DNA of 64,000 nucleotides, from the NCBI GenBank assembly GCA_037139055.1, contig JBAXHE010000010.1, positions 91 to 64,090 of the forward strand. The letters run 5' to 3'. Below the pieces are notes generated by a model, which saw nothing but the letters and a program-made list of their open reading frames with translations, made no database searches and was not told where the DNA came from. This document shows positions 34,924 through 44,382 of the stretch, piece by piece; positions within the stretch are counted from its first letter, which is position 1; each line of letters opens with the position of its first letter. This DNA comes from Betaproteobacteria bacterium. GTDB lineage: Bacteria > Pseudomonadota > Gammaproteobacteria > Burkholderiales > Rhodocyclaceae. Position numbers and translations under genes: made by a program.

Positions 34924-36933
34924 ATGCAGATAGCTCGAATCGCTCTTGACGTTCCTCTGCATCGTTTTTTTGACTATCGGGTTCCAGAAAACGAAGCCTT
35001 ATCCCAGAGTGATCTGGGACTTCGCGTCCGCGTGCCCTTTGGTAGCCGTTCAAAAATCGGTATTGTGGTCGAATTACCCGAGGCGAGCGATTTTCCGGTG
35101 GCTCAACTCAAGTTGATTGAGGCTATCCTGCGCGATTGCCCGCCTCTGCCGCCGGACTGGTTCCGGCTATGCCGGTTTTGTGCGGACTATTACCAGGCGC
35201 CCCTCGGTGAAGTGATGATGTCGACCCTGCCGGCCTCGCTGCGCCGGCTCGATCCACCCAAAGCTCGCACCAAGTTAGCGCTACGCAAGACGCTGCCAGC
35301 TGCACTTCCCCCTGAATTAACCGTAGAGCAGCAAACGGCACTGGACGCGATGTTCCAGGCACCGTCGGGATTTCGTGCTTATCTGTTACACGGGGTGACC
35401 GGAAGTGGCAAGACTGAAGTCTATCTTCGTCTCGTCGAGCGGGCGCTTGGCGAAGGGAAGCAGATTTTGCTCCTGGTTCCCGAAATAAATCTCACGCCAC
35501 AGCTGGAAACCCGCATCGCGGCGCGCTTCCCTGATGACGCTCTGGTCAGCCTGCATAGCGAGCTGACCGAGGCCGCGCGGGCGCGAAACTGGCGAGCAGC
35601 CGTCAATGGAAGCGCCCGAATCGTTCTGGGAACCAGGCTGGCCATTTTTACTCCGCTGCCCGAACTTGGCCTGATTGTCGTCGACGAGGAGCACGATGCG
35701 TCATTCAAGCAGCAGGATGGAATGCGGTACTCCGCACGCGATGTGGCGGTTTTTCGGGCGCATGACTGCGGCGTTCCGATTGTTCTCGGTTCGGCAACAC
35801 CGTCACTGGAGAGTTGGGCGAATGCCACCGACCCGCGCACTCCGGGGCGATACTCCCTGCTGACGTTGCGCGAACGCGCTGTCGCGAATGCACGCTTGCC
35901 GGTGGTGCAGCGTATCGATACCCGGCTGGAAAAGCTGCAGGACGGGCTTTCGGGCGTCCTTCTGCAGGCCATTGAAAAGCGCTTGTTGCGCGGCGAACAA
36001 AGTTTGGTATTCCTTAACCGGCGGGGCTATGCCCCGGTATTGACGTGCACCTGTTGCGGCTGGATTTCGCATTGCACGCGCTGTGCCGCCAATCTCGTTC
36101 TGCATTTGGCTGATGGGCGTTTACGCTGCCACCATTGCGGTTATGAAACCCGGGTCCCGAAGACCTGCCCCACCTGCGGCAATCAGGATATACAGCCTTT
36201 CGGGCGGGGTACCCAGCGGCTGGAGTCGGTGCTGATCGAGCGCTTTCCACAGGCGCGTATTCTCCGAGTCGACCGTGATTCGGCGAAAAGCCGCAAGCAA
36301 TGGGAGGCGCTCGCCGAACAGATTCACGCCGGTGAAGCCGATATCCTGGTCGGAACGCAAATGTTGGCCAAGGGGCATGATTTTCCGAAGCTGACCCTGG
36401 TCGGTGCGCTGGGGGCTGATGCGGCACTGTTCGCCTCAGACTGGCGCGCACCCGAGCGCTTGTTTGCGCAGCTGATGCAGGTTTCTGGACGAGCCGGACG
36501 CGCTGATTTGCCCGGCGAAGTGCTGATTCAGACGCAGTTTCCTGAGCACCCGCTGTACGACGCGCTGGTACGTCACGATTATGCGGGCTTTGCCGAAGAG
36601 CAGCTCAAGGAGCGTGAGCAGGCCGGTTTTCCGCCCTACGCCTACCAGGCCATGTTGCGTGCCGAGGCACCGTTTATGGCCGATTCACTGGCCTTTCTGA
36701 CCGAGGCGCGGGCCTGGCCGCTGGCGACGGAGTACCCCGACATCGTTCTCTATGACCCGGTTCCGATGCGCATGGCGCGCCTGGCCAATCTCGAGCGCGC
36801 CCAGCTATTGATCGAATCACCGTCACGGCGCGCCCTGCAGGTCTTCCTCAGTGAATGGCGGTTGTTATTGGCGGCGATCAAATCCCCTTCGCGTCTGCGC
36901 TGGCATTTGGAAGTTGATCCGTCGGAATTCTGA
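34924..36933 (+). CDS. priA: primosomal protein N' (PriA)
   Basis: RVRVPFG, GVTGSGKTEVY, DEEHD, GSATPS, Cys-rich region, QVSGRAGR. Confidence 0.97.
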   Translation: MQIARIALDVPLHRFFDYRVPENEALSQSDLGLRVRVPFGSRSKIGIVVELPEASDFPVAQLKLIEAILRDCPPLPPDWFRLCRFCADYYQAPLGEVMMSTLPASLRRLDPPKARTKLALRKTLPAALPPELTVEQQTALDAMFQAPSGFRAYLLHGVTGSGKTEVYLRLVERALGEGKQILLLVPEINLTPQLETRIAARFPDDALVSLHSELTEAARARNWRAAVNGSARIVLGTRLAIFTPLPELGLIVVDEEHDASFKQQDGMRYSARDVAVFRAHDCGVPIVLGSATPSLESWANATDPRTPGRYSLLTLRERAVANARLPVVQRIDTRLEKLQDGLSGVLLQAIEKRLLRGEQSLVFLNRRGYAPVLTCTCCGWISHCTRCAANLVLHLADGRLRCHHCGYETRVPKTCPTCGNQDIQPFGRGTQRLESVLIERFPQARILRVDRDSAKSRKQWEALAEQIHAGEADILVGTQMLAKGHDFPKLTLVGALGADAALFASDWRAPERLFAQLMQVSGRAGRADLPGEVLIQTQFPEHPLYDALVRHDYAGFAEEQLKEREQAGFPPYAYQAMLRAEAPFMADSLAFLTEARAWPLATEYPDIVLYDPVPMRMARLANLERAQLLIESPSRRALQVFLSEWRLLLAAIKSPSRLRWHLEVDPSEF

Positions 36934-37039
36934 CTGAGGCCGCTCTCCGACGTGCGCAACTTGCCGGTTTGTTGTCGAAGCTTGCCGGTCGGTCCGGTCA
37001 TGATGCGCTCAAGGCAGCGGTTTTCAGGTGTTCTCCCGG

Positions 37040-37055
37040 TGGCATATCCCTTGCT
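37040..37055 (+). promoter_or_regulatory. sigma54 (-24/-12) promoter
   Basis: TGGCAT-ATCCC-TTGCT with canonical spacing, 35 nt before ATG 37091. Confidence 0.7.
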
Positions 37056-37090
37056 GAATATATATTCCCCAAGCGGACCAGGAGAACGCC

Positions 37091-38071
37091 ATGAAGATTG
37101 AGCAAGCTGTTGTTGAAATGAGTTCGAGTCGCGAATTTTTCAGTGAAAGCGAAATTAAACTGACTTCGGAAGGCAGTTTCAAGACAGTTTTAGCGCAGGT
37201 TTCGGACGTGGCTGCGCTGCCGGACAAGGATGTGCGCCAAGGGCAGCTGATTTTGATGCTGGAAAAACTGATCGCCCGTCTGCTTGAACTGATCACAGGA
37301 AAGCAGGACGCGTCGGTGACGGATCTGCGTGTGGCGCAGAAAACGGATAGGAGCATAAAGCAGGAGCGTGAGCAGGACCGTCCGCGTCAGCAGATCGAGA
37401 TGGAATGGAAATCCGAATTGACCGAAAGCATTTATGAGCAGGAAAAAACCCGGTTTACCTCCGAAGGGCAGATCAAAACATCTGATGGACGGGTGCTGGG
37501 CTTCAGCCTCGACTGCCAGATGAGCCGTGAGTTTTCCTGCGAACGCACTCGGACCGAAACCGGAAAAGCCGTATTGCGCGATCCGTTGGTGATCAATTTT
37601 AACGGTCGTGCGGCGGATCTCTCGGGAAAACGCCTCTCCTTTGATCTTGATGCGGACGGCCAAAATGAATCCATACCTGGTCTGGGGGTGTGTAGCGGCT
37701 ATCTGGCCATTGACCGCAATGCCGATGGTTGCATCAATGATGGCAGCGAACTCTTTGGTACCTATTCCGGAAACGGTTTTGCCGATCTGGCGAAGCTCAA
37801 CAACGATGGAAATCAGTGGCTTGACGAAAATGACACAGCCTTTGAGTCACTTCGGGTCTGGCGGCAGAATGCGGCCGGTGAGAACACGCTGACCTCGCTG
37901 CGCGACGCCGGCATCGGCGCTCTTTATCTGGGATCGAACGAGACGCCGTTTACCGTGGCTGATACAGAAAATAGCGTGCTGGCGAATATCCGTGCCAGTG
38001 GAATTTACCTCACGGATAGTGGCAGTGTCGGTTCTCTTCAGCAGATCGACCTGGCGGTTCAGAAAGCGTGA
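37091..38071 (+). CDS. conserved hypothetical protein with DxDxDG Ca-binding-type motifs (VCBS-like)
   Basis: GGAG RBS; DPLVINF, FDLDADG, DRNADG.INDGSELFG, QQIDL; no signal peptide. Confidence 0.75.
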   Translation: MKIEQAVVEMSSSREFFSESEIKLTSEGSFKTVLAQVSDVAALPDKDVRQGQLILMLEKLIARLLELITGKQDASVTDLRVAQKTDRSIKQEREQDRPRQQIEMEWKSELTESIYEQEKTRFTSEGQIKTSDGRVLGFSLDCQMSREFSCERTRTETGKAVLRDPLVINFNGRAADLSGKRLSFDLDADGQNESIPGLGVCSGYLAIDRNADGCINDGSELFGTYSGNGFADLAKLNNDGNQWLDENDTAFESLRVWRQNAAGENTLTSLRDAGIGALYLGSNETPFTVADTENSVLANIRASGIYLTDSGSVGSLQQIDLAVQKA

Positions 38072-38135
38072 CACGTTGGAGTTCGGAAACCACCGGGCAA
38101 GGGTTCAACAAAAAATCCTCAGGCAGACAGAACGA

Positions 38136-39341
38136 CTAGATAGGGTGAGTCGCTCTACTGCTGATCAGTAGCCAGAGATAGGCGGCAGCTTGCACTACAA
38201 ATAAAACGGTAAAGGCATGCTGATGGGCGAGCGCTGGACTGTGACCGCTGATGAGCAACTGGTCGATGATCAGCCCAATGCCCCATTGCAGTCCGAAAGC
38301 GCCAAGAAAGACCAGAAAATTCAGAAGGGTATTGGCGCGACCCGAAAGAGCGACCGGGAATCCTGAGGAGGTCAGTGAATAGGTGAGCGTGCCGACACTA
38401 GAAAAGACCCCGTAAGCAACCCACAGCAAAACATGTTGTTCAACGGTCTGGGTAATGATCAATAGCAGGGTCAGAAGGGACAGCGCCATGCCAACGGAGA
38501 GCAGGACAATGGTGCCGATGCCACGGCGGGCGAGTCGGGTCGAGAGCAGACCGATCAGGGCGTAGGCCACGACCATGGAGACACTCATAGCGGCCAGATG
38601 GTCGGCTGCCTGCGAGCGAGAATAGCCATTAACGTGAATCAGCCAAGCACTTGACCACAGACTCTGAACGGCCATGAAACCGCCAATCTGTGCGAAACCA
38701 GTGGGGGCGAAGCGCCAGAAATGAGGATTAGCCAGGACCTGGCGGATTCCGGTCCACTGTGCTGAAAGTGGATCGGGGCGTGCAGTCTCAGGTTTTTCGG
38801 GGAGGCCGAAAAAAAGCCAGGCGGACATGATCAGCGTCATACCGGAAAGAATGAAGAATATTCCGCGCCAGGTGGTCAGCTGCAGTGCGGCGTCAAGCGG
38901 CGCCGACGCGGCGAGCGCGCCGAGTGTTCCCGAGGTCATGATCCAGCCAGTCAGCGACGCCTGTTTTTCCGGTGGGAACCACTGCGAAAACGATTTGAAC
39001 GAGGCCATCAGGCAGGCCGAGACCCCCAGACCGATCATTCCGCGGCCCAGGGTCAGCGTGCCAATCGTCTCGCCGCAGGCAAAAACGGCAGCTCCTGCGG
39101 CGGCTACCAGAAGCAGCGCTGATTCAACGCGGCGTGCGCCGAAACGATCGAGCAAGACACCGAGGGGTAGTTGTGCTGCTCCGAAGGCAATGAAATAGGC
39201 GCTGGTCAGCAGACCCAGATCGGCTGCACCGAGCGCTAGCTCCTCACTCAAGACCGGGCCAATCACGGCGTTTGCCGTACGGAAGTGGTACGAAAGGAAA
39301 TAGGCGCCAGCAAAGGGGAAAAAAAGTTTGGCCCAGTGCAT
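38136..39341 (-). CDS. MFS transporter
   Basis: About 12 TM segments; motif A GVLLDRFGARR; start reset to ATG 39341. Confidence 0.9.
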   Translation of the reverse strand: MHWAKLFFPFAGAYFLSYHFRTANAVIGPVLSEELALGAADLGLLTSAYFIAFGAAQLPLGVLLDRFGARRVESALLLVAAAGAAVFACGETIGTLTLGRGMIGLGVSACLMASFKSFSQWFPPEKQASLTGWIMTSGTLGALAASAPLDAALQLTTWRGIFFILSGMTLIMSAWLFFGLPEKPETARPDPLSAQWTGIRQVLANPHFWRFAPTGFAQIGGFMAVQSLWSSAWLIHVNGYSRSQAADHLAAMSVSMVVAYALIGLLSTRLARRGIGTIVLLSVGMALSLLTLLLIITQTVEQHVLLWVAYGVFSSVGTLTYSLTSSGFPVALSGRANTLLNFLVFLGAFGLQWGIGLIIDQLLISGHSPALAHQHAFTVLFVVQAAAYLWLLISSRATHPI

Positions 39342-39342
39342 G

Positions 39343-40284
39343 TCAGTTCCTCGTGTCCCTGCCCCATAGCCAAGCCGCACCACGTACGCCGGAGGAGTCG
39401 CCGTGATGGTTGCAGCAAAGGCGGGTGCGCACCTGATCCGAGAAAATATACTCACCCCACAGGGCGGGAACTTGAGTCAGCAGGCGTTCGATATTGGACA
39501 GTCCTCCGCCGAGAACAATCACTTCCGGATCGAGAATGTTGATCACATGCGCCAGCGACTTGGCCAGACGGCGCTCGTAGCGCTGCAGAGTGGCAAGACA
39601 ATCGCTATCACCTAGCTCCGCGCGTTCGGCGATGATTGGTGGCGTGAGTGATGTGCCCGTATGCCGAGCATGGTCGGCGCTAAGTCCTGGGCCGGAAAGC
39701 CAGGTTTCGATACAGCTCTGTCTGCCGCAATAGCAGATCGCTGGCGGCAGGGTTTCCTGTTCGCCGTGCGGCAAGGGGTTATGCCCCCACTCGCCGGCAA
39801 TATGATTCACCCCGGCAAGGACCTGACCATGTACTACAATCCCGCCGCCTACTCCGGTTCCTAGAATAACGCCGAATACCACTTCGGCGCCCTGCCCGGC
39901 GCCATCGATGGCTTCAGACAAGGCAAAACAGTTTGCATCGTTGTCGAGTCGAATTTCGCGTTGAAGCAGGGTTTGCAGGTCGCGTCGCAAGGGGTGACCG
40001 ATCAGGCAGGTGGAATTGGCGTTCTTGATCAACCCATCCTTTGCTGACTCGGCACCTGGAATGCCCAGGCCGACGGTAGAACACTGACCTAACTCGCTCT
40101 CGGCTTCATTGATTAGGCGGGTGACCGTACTGATCGTGCCCAGGTAGTCGCCCTGGGGAGTCGGAACTCGTCGCCGAAGTAGCTCAGCGCCCGTGGCGTC
40201 AAGGGCAACGATCTCGATTTTACTGCCGCCGAGATCAACGCCTAGCCGGGGTCCGGACGCTGAGGTTTGCTGCCGAAAGAACAT
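39343..40284 (-). CDS. ROK family sugar kinase (Mak/fructokinase-like)
   Basis: GVDLGGSKIE, NDANCFALSEA, GTGVGGG, GEWGH, CYCG...C.E. Confidence 0.9.
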   Translation of the reverse strand: MFFRQQTSASGPRLGVDLGGSKIEIVALDATGAELLRRRVPTPQGDYLGTISTVTRLINEAESELGQCSTVGLGIPGAESAKDGLIKNANSTCLIGHPLRRDLQTLLQREIRLDNDANCFALSEAIDGAGQGAEVVFGVILGTGVGGGIVVHGQVLAGVNHIAGEWGHNPLPHGEQETLPPAICYCGRQSCIETWLSGPGLSADHARHTGTSLTPPIIAERAELGDSDCLATLQRYERRLAKSLAHVINILDPEVIVLGGGLSNIERLLTQVPALWGEYIFSDQVRTRLCCNHHGDSSGVRGAAWLWGRDTRN

Positions 40285-40409
40285 GCTAATGTGCTCCTAG
40301 TAGAGCAGTATTCTAACCTAGGCGAACAGCCAAATCTTCCTCCAACAGGGTGTAGAATGAACATGACGCTGTGTTGGTATGCAGCAGCGAATTATGAGGA
40401 GGTAGGATC

Positions 40410-40781
40410 ATGCTGGTCAGATTTACATCTATCACTGCCGGCGAAATGATCATGTTTGCTCAGCATGTACGCTCTCTTTTCGAAATTATTGGCAAAGAAT
40501 GTACCGCCCGCGGAGTCTTTACCAAGGAGCAATTACCGGAAGCCATTGCTCGGCTTAGGGGGGCTGTTGATGAAGAAAAGCTGGACGCTAAGCTAGCCAG
40601 GATGCCTCATGATGATGATGAGGAGGAGCAAGCCAAGCCCGCTATGGATCACGACACTTACGAAATGATAGCCAAAGACAAAGTTGGCCTGGTACGACGT
40701 GCGTACCCCCTGATTCATTTCATGGAATTAACGGAAAAGGAAAATGGCTTCGTCCTTTGGGAAACCGACGAGGATTTCTGA
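40410..40781 (+). CDS. DUF1840 family protein
   Basis: MLV.F.S..AG..IMF, GK....GV, V.L..RA.PL, V.W; AGGA RBS. Confidence 0.8.
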   Translation: MLVRFTSITAGEMIMFAQHVRSLFEIIGKECTARGVFTKEQLPEAIARLRGAVDEEKLDAKLARMPHDDDEEEQAKPAMDHDTYEMIAKDKVGLVRRAYPLIHFMELTEKENGFVLWETDEDF

Positions 40782-41134
40782 GCGTTTTCCTACGCCGAAT
40801 TGCTCCCTCTCTGTCCGAAATACGGATGTACAGTTGTTCTCGTGTTTAATTCTTCCCGCTCTTCAGGCTGCCGAAGTCACAGTCGCTGTAGTTTTTACTC
40901 AGGAGGCTTCTGCGGCGGTTAGTGCGCGCGGCACCAGGGAGTTTGATGTCAACCAGGCCTTGGCAGAGGGACTGGTTGCAGCGCTTGCCGTCCGTGCATT
41001 TTGAAGCTGGGGTAATCAAGCACCGCGATGAGAAGCTGGCGCTACAGACGTGCACGGCAGGCCCTGATGACCGGCGCCATGGCCACCGGCATTGCTGCCT
41101 GCCTCTTTGTTTGATAAGGCAGGCAGCATGGGGA

Positions 41135-41878
41135 TCATGCCGAAGTCGAGATGAGTTTGCTTAACGAACTTAGCGCGGACTGCCCTCCGGTGCTACCACC
41201 GTAAGAGCTCATCAAGTCCAAAAGTTGCTTGAACAGTTTGGCGTCGCTGCTTTGGCTGCTGGACGCTGACGACGATGCGCTCGAGGTGCTGGTCGAAGAC
41301 GACCTATTGGATTGCTCATAGGCCATCGCTTCCTTGAAGCTGACCTTGCCGTCGCCGTCGGTATCAGCCTTGTCGAAATTCTGCACGATATTGTTGATCA
41401 GGCTTGAGCGCTTGCTGTCACTGCTGCCAATCTCTGAGAGCTGGGTGCTCAGTTGATCCTTGGTGAATCCACTATCGCTGCTGTTGGACCCGGAAGAATC
41501 ACTGGGTGGTGGGGGCGGTGGCATGCCGCCTTGCATGCGCATCTGGTCAAACTGGCTGTTTAAGGAATCGGCCAGCTTCTGGATGCTGGTCGACAATTCG
41601 TCCTTGGTGACCTTGCCATCGCCGTTGCTATCCAGCTGGTTGAAAATATCGCTGGCACTGCTGTTTTGTGAAGAACTGTTGGAACTTGTCGAGCTTAAAC
41701 TGGAAAGCGCACTGGTGAGGTCGCTCTGCTCGATATAGCCTTTCCCCGACGTATCGAGCTTGGAGAACAGATCCTCAGCCATCTTGGCCGAATCGGGACG
41801 GTGGCGCCTCGATGTTGATGAGACGTCAGAATAAGTTGAAGCCGTGCTATAGCTGCTGATGCCACTAACGGTAGTCAT
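41135..41878 (-). CDS. Ser-rich EF-hand calcium-binding protein (XopAW-like), no signal peptide
   Basis: DTSGKGYIEQSD, DSNGDGKVTKDE, DTDGDGKVSFKE; poly-Pro tract; AAGGAG RBS. Confidence 0.87.
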   Translation of the reverse strand: MTTVSGISSYSTASTYSDVSSTSRRHRPDSAKMAEDLFSKLDTSGKGYIEQSDLTSALSSLSSTSSNSSSQNSSASDIFNQLDSNGDGKVTKDELSTSIQKLADSLNSQFDQMRMQGGMPPPPPPSDSSGSNSSDSGFTKDQLSTQLSEIGSSDSKRSSLINNIVQNFDKADTDGDGKVSFKEAMAYEQSNRSSSTSTSSASSSASSSQSSDAKLFKQLLDLMSSYGGSTGGQSALSSLSKLISTSA

Positions 41879-41957
41879 GCTGGACTCCTTAAATTGTGGT
41901 TAACCCGGAATTGAAAAACGGTTGCCGACACCTGCCGACATTCCTCCTGTTTGCAAG

Positions 41958-41965
41958 TTATCGGC
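41958..41965 (-). promoter_or_regulatory. sigma28-type -10 element for the EF-hand gene
   Basis: Perfect GCCGATAA on the minus strand; -35 is a poor match. Confidence 0.45.
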
Positions 41966-41995
41966 CTGAAATGCCTATATCCAACGGCGTTTTGG

Positions 41996-42020
41996 GTTAA
42001 GGCAGGTAAATCTGGGTGAA
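41996..42020. promoter_or_regulatory. CpxR-like tandem boxes
   Basis: GTTAA-ggcag-GTAAA-tctgg-GTGAA, 10-bp period. Confidence 0.55.
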
Positions 42021-42183
42021 GAAGTAACTCCCGCGCGATCAACAGCGGGCTCAAATTTCTCATTACGTTGGAATTGGCGACGCGCCGGGAGTAAAATGGC
42101 AACGAATGGCTATGTGATTGGTATCGAATTTCAATGGCTTGGTGTGTTTTTGCCGGTGTGACGGCAAGCTTTTCTGTTGGGCT

Positions 42184-42198
42184 GTAAATCCATGTAAA
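42184..42198 (+). promoter_or_regulatory. CpxR-type box
   Basis: Perfect GTAAA-N5-GTAAA upstream of the regulator gene. Confidence 0.7.
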
Positions 42199-42239
42199 GC
42201 GACTGCCAACAAACCAGCCAGTACCGCTATCATCTCGTC

Positions 42240-42965
42240 ATGCCCGACATGAAACCCGCCCTACCCGAACCACCGCACGTCTTGCTGGTCGATGACGACA
42301 TCGAACTGGTCAATTTGCTGAGTACCTACCTGGTGAGCGATGGGTTTCGTGTAACGTCAGCGCATAATGGCGAAGTCGGCATTTCGCAGGCCTTAATCGA
42401 GTTGCCGGATATCGCAGTGATTGACGTGATGATGCCGGGTTTCAGTGGCATCGAAGTGCTGCGACGACTGCGCAGCAAAAGTAGCCTTCCGGTACTGATG
42501 CTGACAGCCCGGGGCGACGAGGAAAGCCGGGTTCTCGGTCTGGAGCTCGGGGCTGACGACTACGTTTCCAAACCCTGTACTCCGCGCGAGCTGTGTGCAC
42601 GGCTTCGCGCCATCCTGCGTCGCACAATGCTCAAACCGAGTCTTGACAAAATGCTGGAACACGAGTCGCTGGCCATCGGCGAACTGGTGCTGCACTCGGG
42701 CCAGCGCAGAATCACCTGGGCCAGCAAGGAGTTGAATTTGACCAATGCCGAATTCAATCTGCTGGAAATCCTGATGCAAAACGCCGGGCAAGTAGTCAGC
42801 AAAACTCGGCTTTCCGAACAGGGTCTGGGGCGCGAATTTCAGCGTTATGATCGGAGTATCGACGTGCATCTGAGCAGTATCCGCCGCAAATTGCCCCCCT
42901 TGCCCGATAGCCGCCCGCGGATTCAGGCGGTATTGCGCAAGGGATACCAGTTGTTGATTGAATAG
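42240..42965 (+). CDS. OmpR-family response regulator (CpxR-like)
   Basis: LVDDD, DVMMP, LMLTARG, GLELGADDY, DRSIDVHLSSIRRKL. Confidence 0.92.
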   Translation: MPDMKPALPEPPHVLLVDDDIELVNLLSTYLVSDGFRVTSAHNGEVGISQALIELPDIAVIDVMMPGFSGIEVLRRLRSKSSLPVLMLTARGDEESRVLGLELGADDYVSKPCTPRELCARLRAILRRTMLKPSLDKMLEHESLAIGELVLHSGQRRITWASKELNLTNAEFNLLEILMQNAGQVVSKTRLSEQGLGREFQRYDRSIDVHLSSIRRKLPPLPDSRPRIQAVLRKGYQLLIE

Positions 42966-42979
42966 CAAGATTGACCGCC

Positions 42980-44131
42980 ATGCCCGAATTGCCCCTCGGC
43001 CGATTGTTCTGGAAGTTTCTGCTGTTCTTCTTTCTTGCGCAGACGACGGCTGTCCTCGGCATCGGTCTGGCCATCTGGGCGACCCATCCCGAACATGATT
43101 TTCCGCCGCCACCGCCTTTTGGGTCAGCGCCGTCGGCCGAAGAATTGGGGTGCCAGGGTCAGCTGCCGCCGTCCTTTTCGCCCGAGCGCGGACCCGAGGG
43201 GGCGCGGCGGCCACCGCCACCGCGCGGACCCAAGCCACCGATATTCCATCTGCTGGCCGGTGCCGTGGTCAGTCTGATTTTTGCCGCCTTGCTGGCGACC
43301 TATGTCGCGCGCCCGATTCGTCGCCTGCGTCAGGCGCTGCAGGCCGGCGCCCAAGGGGAGTTAAACCCCGGGGTTTCGGCGGCGATGGGCAATCGCCGCG
43401 ACGAACTGGCTGACCTCGGTCAGGATTTTGATCGCATGGCTCAGCATATTGCCCAGTTGATGCAAGGTCAGCGGCGTTTGCTGCATGACGTTTCGCACGA
43501 ACTGCGATCACCGCTGGCCCGCTTGAATGCCATCATCGGCCTGGCGCGACAGCAACCGGAGTGCCTCGAAGATTGCCTGCTGCGTCTGGAGCGCGAATCG
43601 AGCCGGATGGACCGGCTGCTGAGCGAATTGCTGACGCTTTCGCGGCTGGAGTCGGGCATGGAAAAACCGCTCGAGGAACCCGTCGATCTGGCTGAGCTGC
43701 TCGACGATGTGGTCAGCGATGCCGCACCAGAAGCCGAGCAGGCGGGCTGTCGAGTCGAGCTGAAAAGCGCAGGCCGGGGGCGGGTCCGAGGCGATGCGGA
43801 AATGCTGCACCGGGTGTTCGACAACCTGTTGCGCAACGCCCTAGCTCATGCGTCAGACGGGGGGTGGGTAGGAATCACCCTTACTGAATCCGGGAACGAG
43901 CTGCTCATTCGCGTCGAGGATGGCGGTTCCGGGGTGCCCGACGCCGAGCTTGAGCAGTTGTTCATCCCGTTTTATCGGGGAACGAATACGCCGGGGAAAA
44001 AGGGCCACGGCCTAGGGTTGGCCATTGCCCAACAGATTGTCGAGCATCATCAAGGGCGCATCGAAGCCGCCAATCGTCCTGAGGGCGGGCTGTGTCTGAC
44101 GGTGGTTTTGCCAAAGAGCCTATTTCAGTAG
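42980..44131 (+). CDS. CpxA-like sensor histidine kinase with short Pro-rich sensor loop
   Basis: RLFWK, 2 TM, HAMP, LLHDVSHELRSPLARL, NLLRNA, GLGLAI. Confidence 0.92.
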   Translation: MPELPLGRLFWKFLLFFFLAQTTAVLGIGLAIWATHPEHDFPPPPPFGSAPSAEELGCQGQLPPSFSPERGPEGARRPPPPRGPKPPIFHLLAGAVVSLIFAALLATYVARPIRRLRQALQAGAQGELNPGVSAAMGNRRDELADLGQDFDRMAQHIAQLMQGQRRLLHDVSHELRSPLARLNAIIGLARQQPECLEDCLLRLERESSRMDRLLSELLTLSRLESGMEKPLEEPVDLAELLDDVVSDAAPEAEQAGCRVELKSAGRGRVRGDAEMLHRVFDNLLRNALAHASDGGWVGITLTESGNELLIRVEDGGSGVPDAELEQLFIPFYRGTNTPGKKGHGLGLAIAQQIVEHHQGRIEAANRPEGGLCLTVVLPKSLFQ

Positions 44132-44382
44132 GAATCGTGGGTCGCGCCGGTTCGTTGCGGGATGCAGTGCAAGGCGTGACCGATGAAGTGTAGTCATTCT
44201 CCACGAATCGGTCGCAACACGGCAATGCGCCGGCAACGAATCGGCCCGGAGGGTTGTTGATTCGGGCGGCGTTTGCGGCCTTGCTTCGCTGACCGAAAGA
44301 ATGACAATGGGCGGCGAGTCGCGTCTTGCATTCATCCGCCCGGATCAACAACGCGACCGACGAGACTTACTGAAATAGGCTC
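44116..44382. mobile_element. 267-bp MITE-like palindromic element
   Basis: Perfect inverted repeat AGAGCCTATTTCAGTA (44115-44130) / TACTGAAATAGGCTCT (44368-44383); two internal long hairpins; no transposase. Confidence 0.75.

Noticed and set aside
41135-41878. Calling the EF-hand protein a pathogen type III effector
   Set aside because: No injectisome genes are in the window, and resemblance to the XopAW-like family alone is insufficient.
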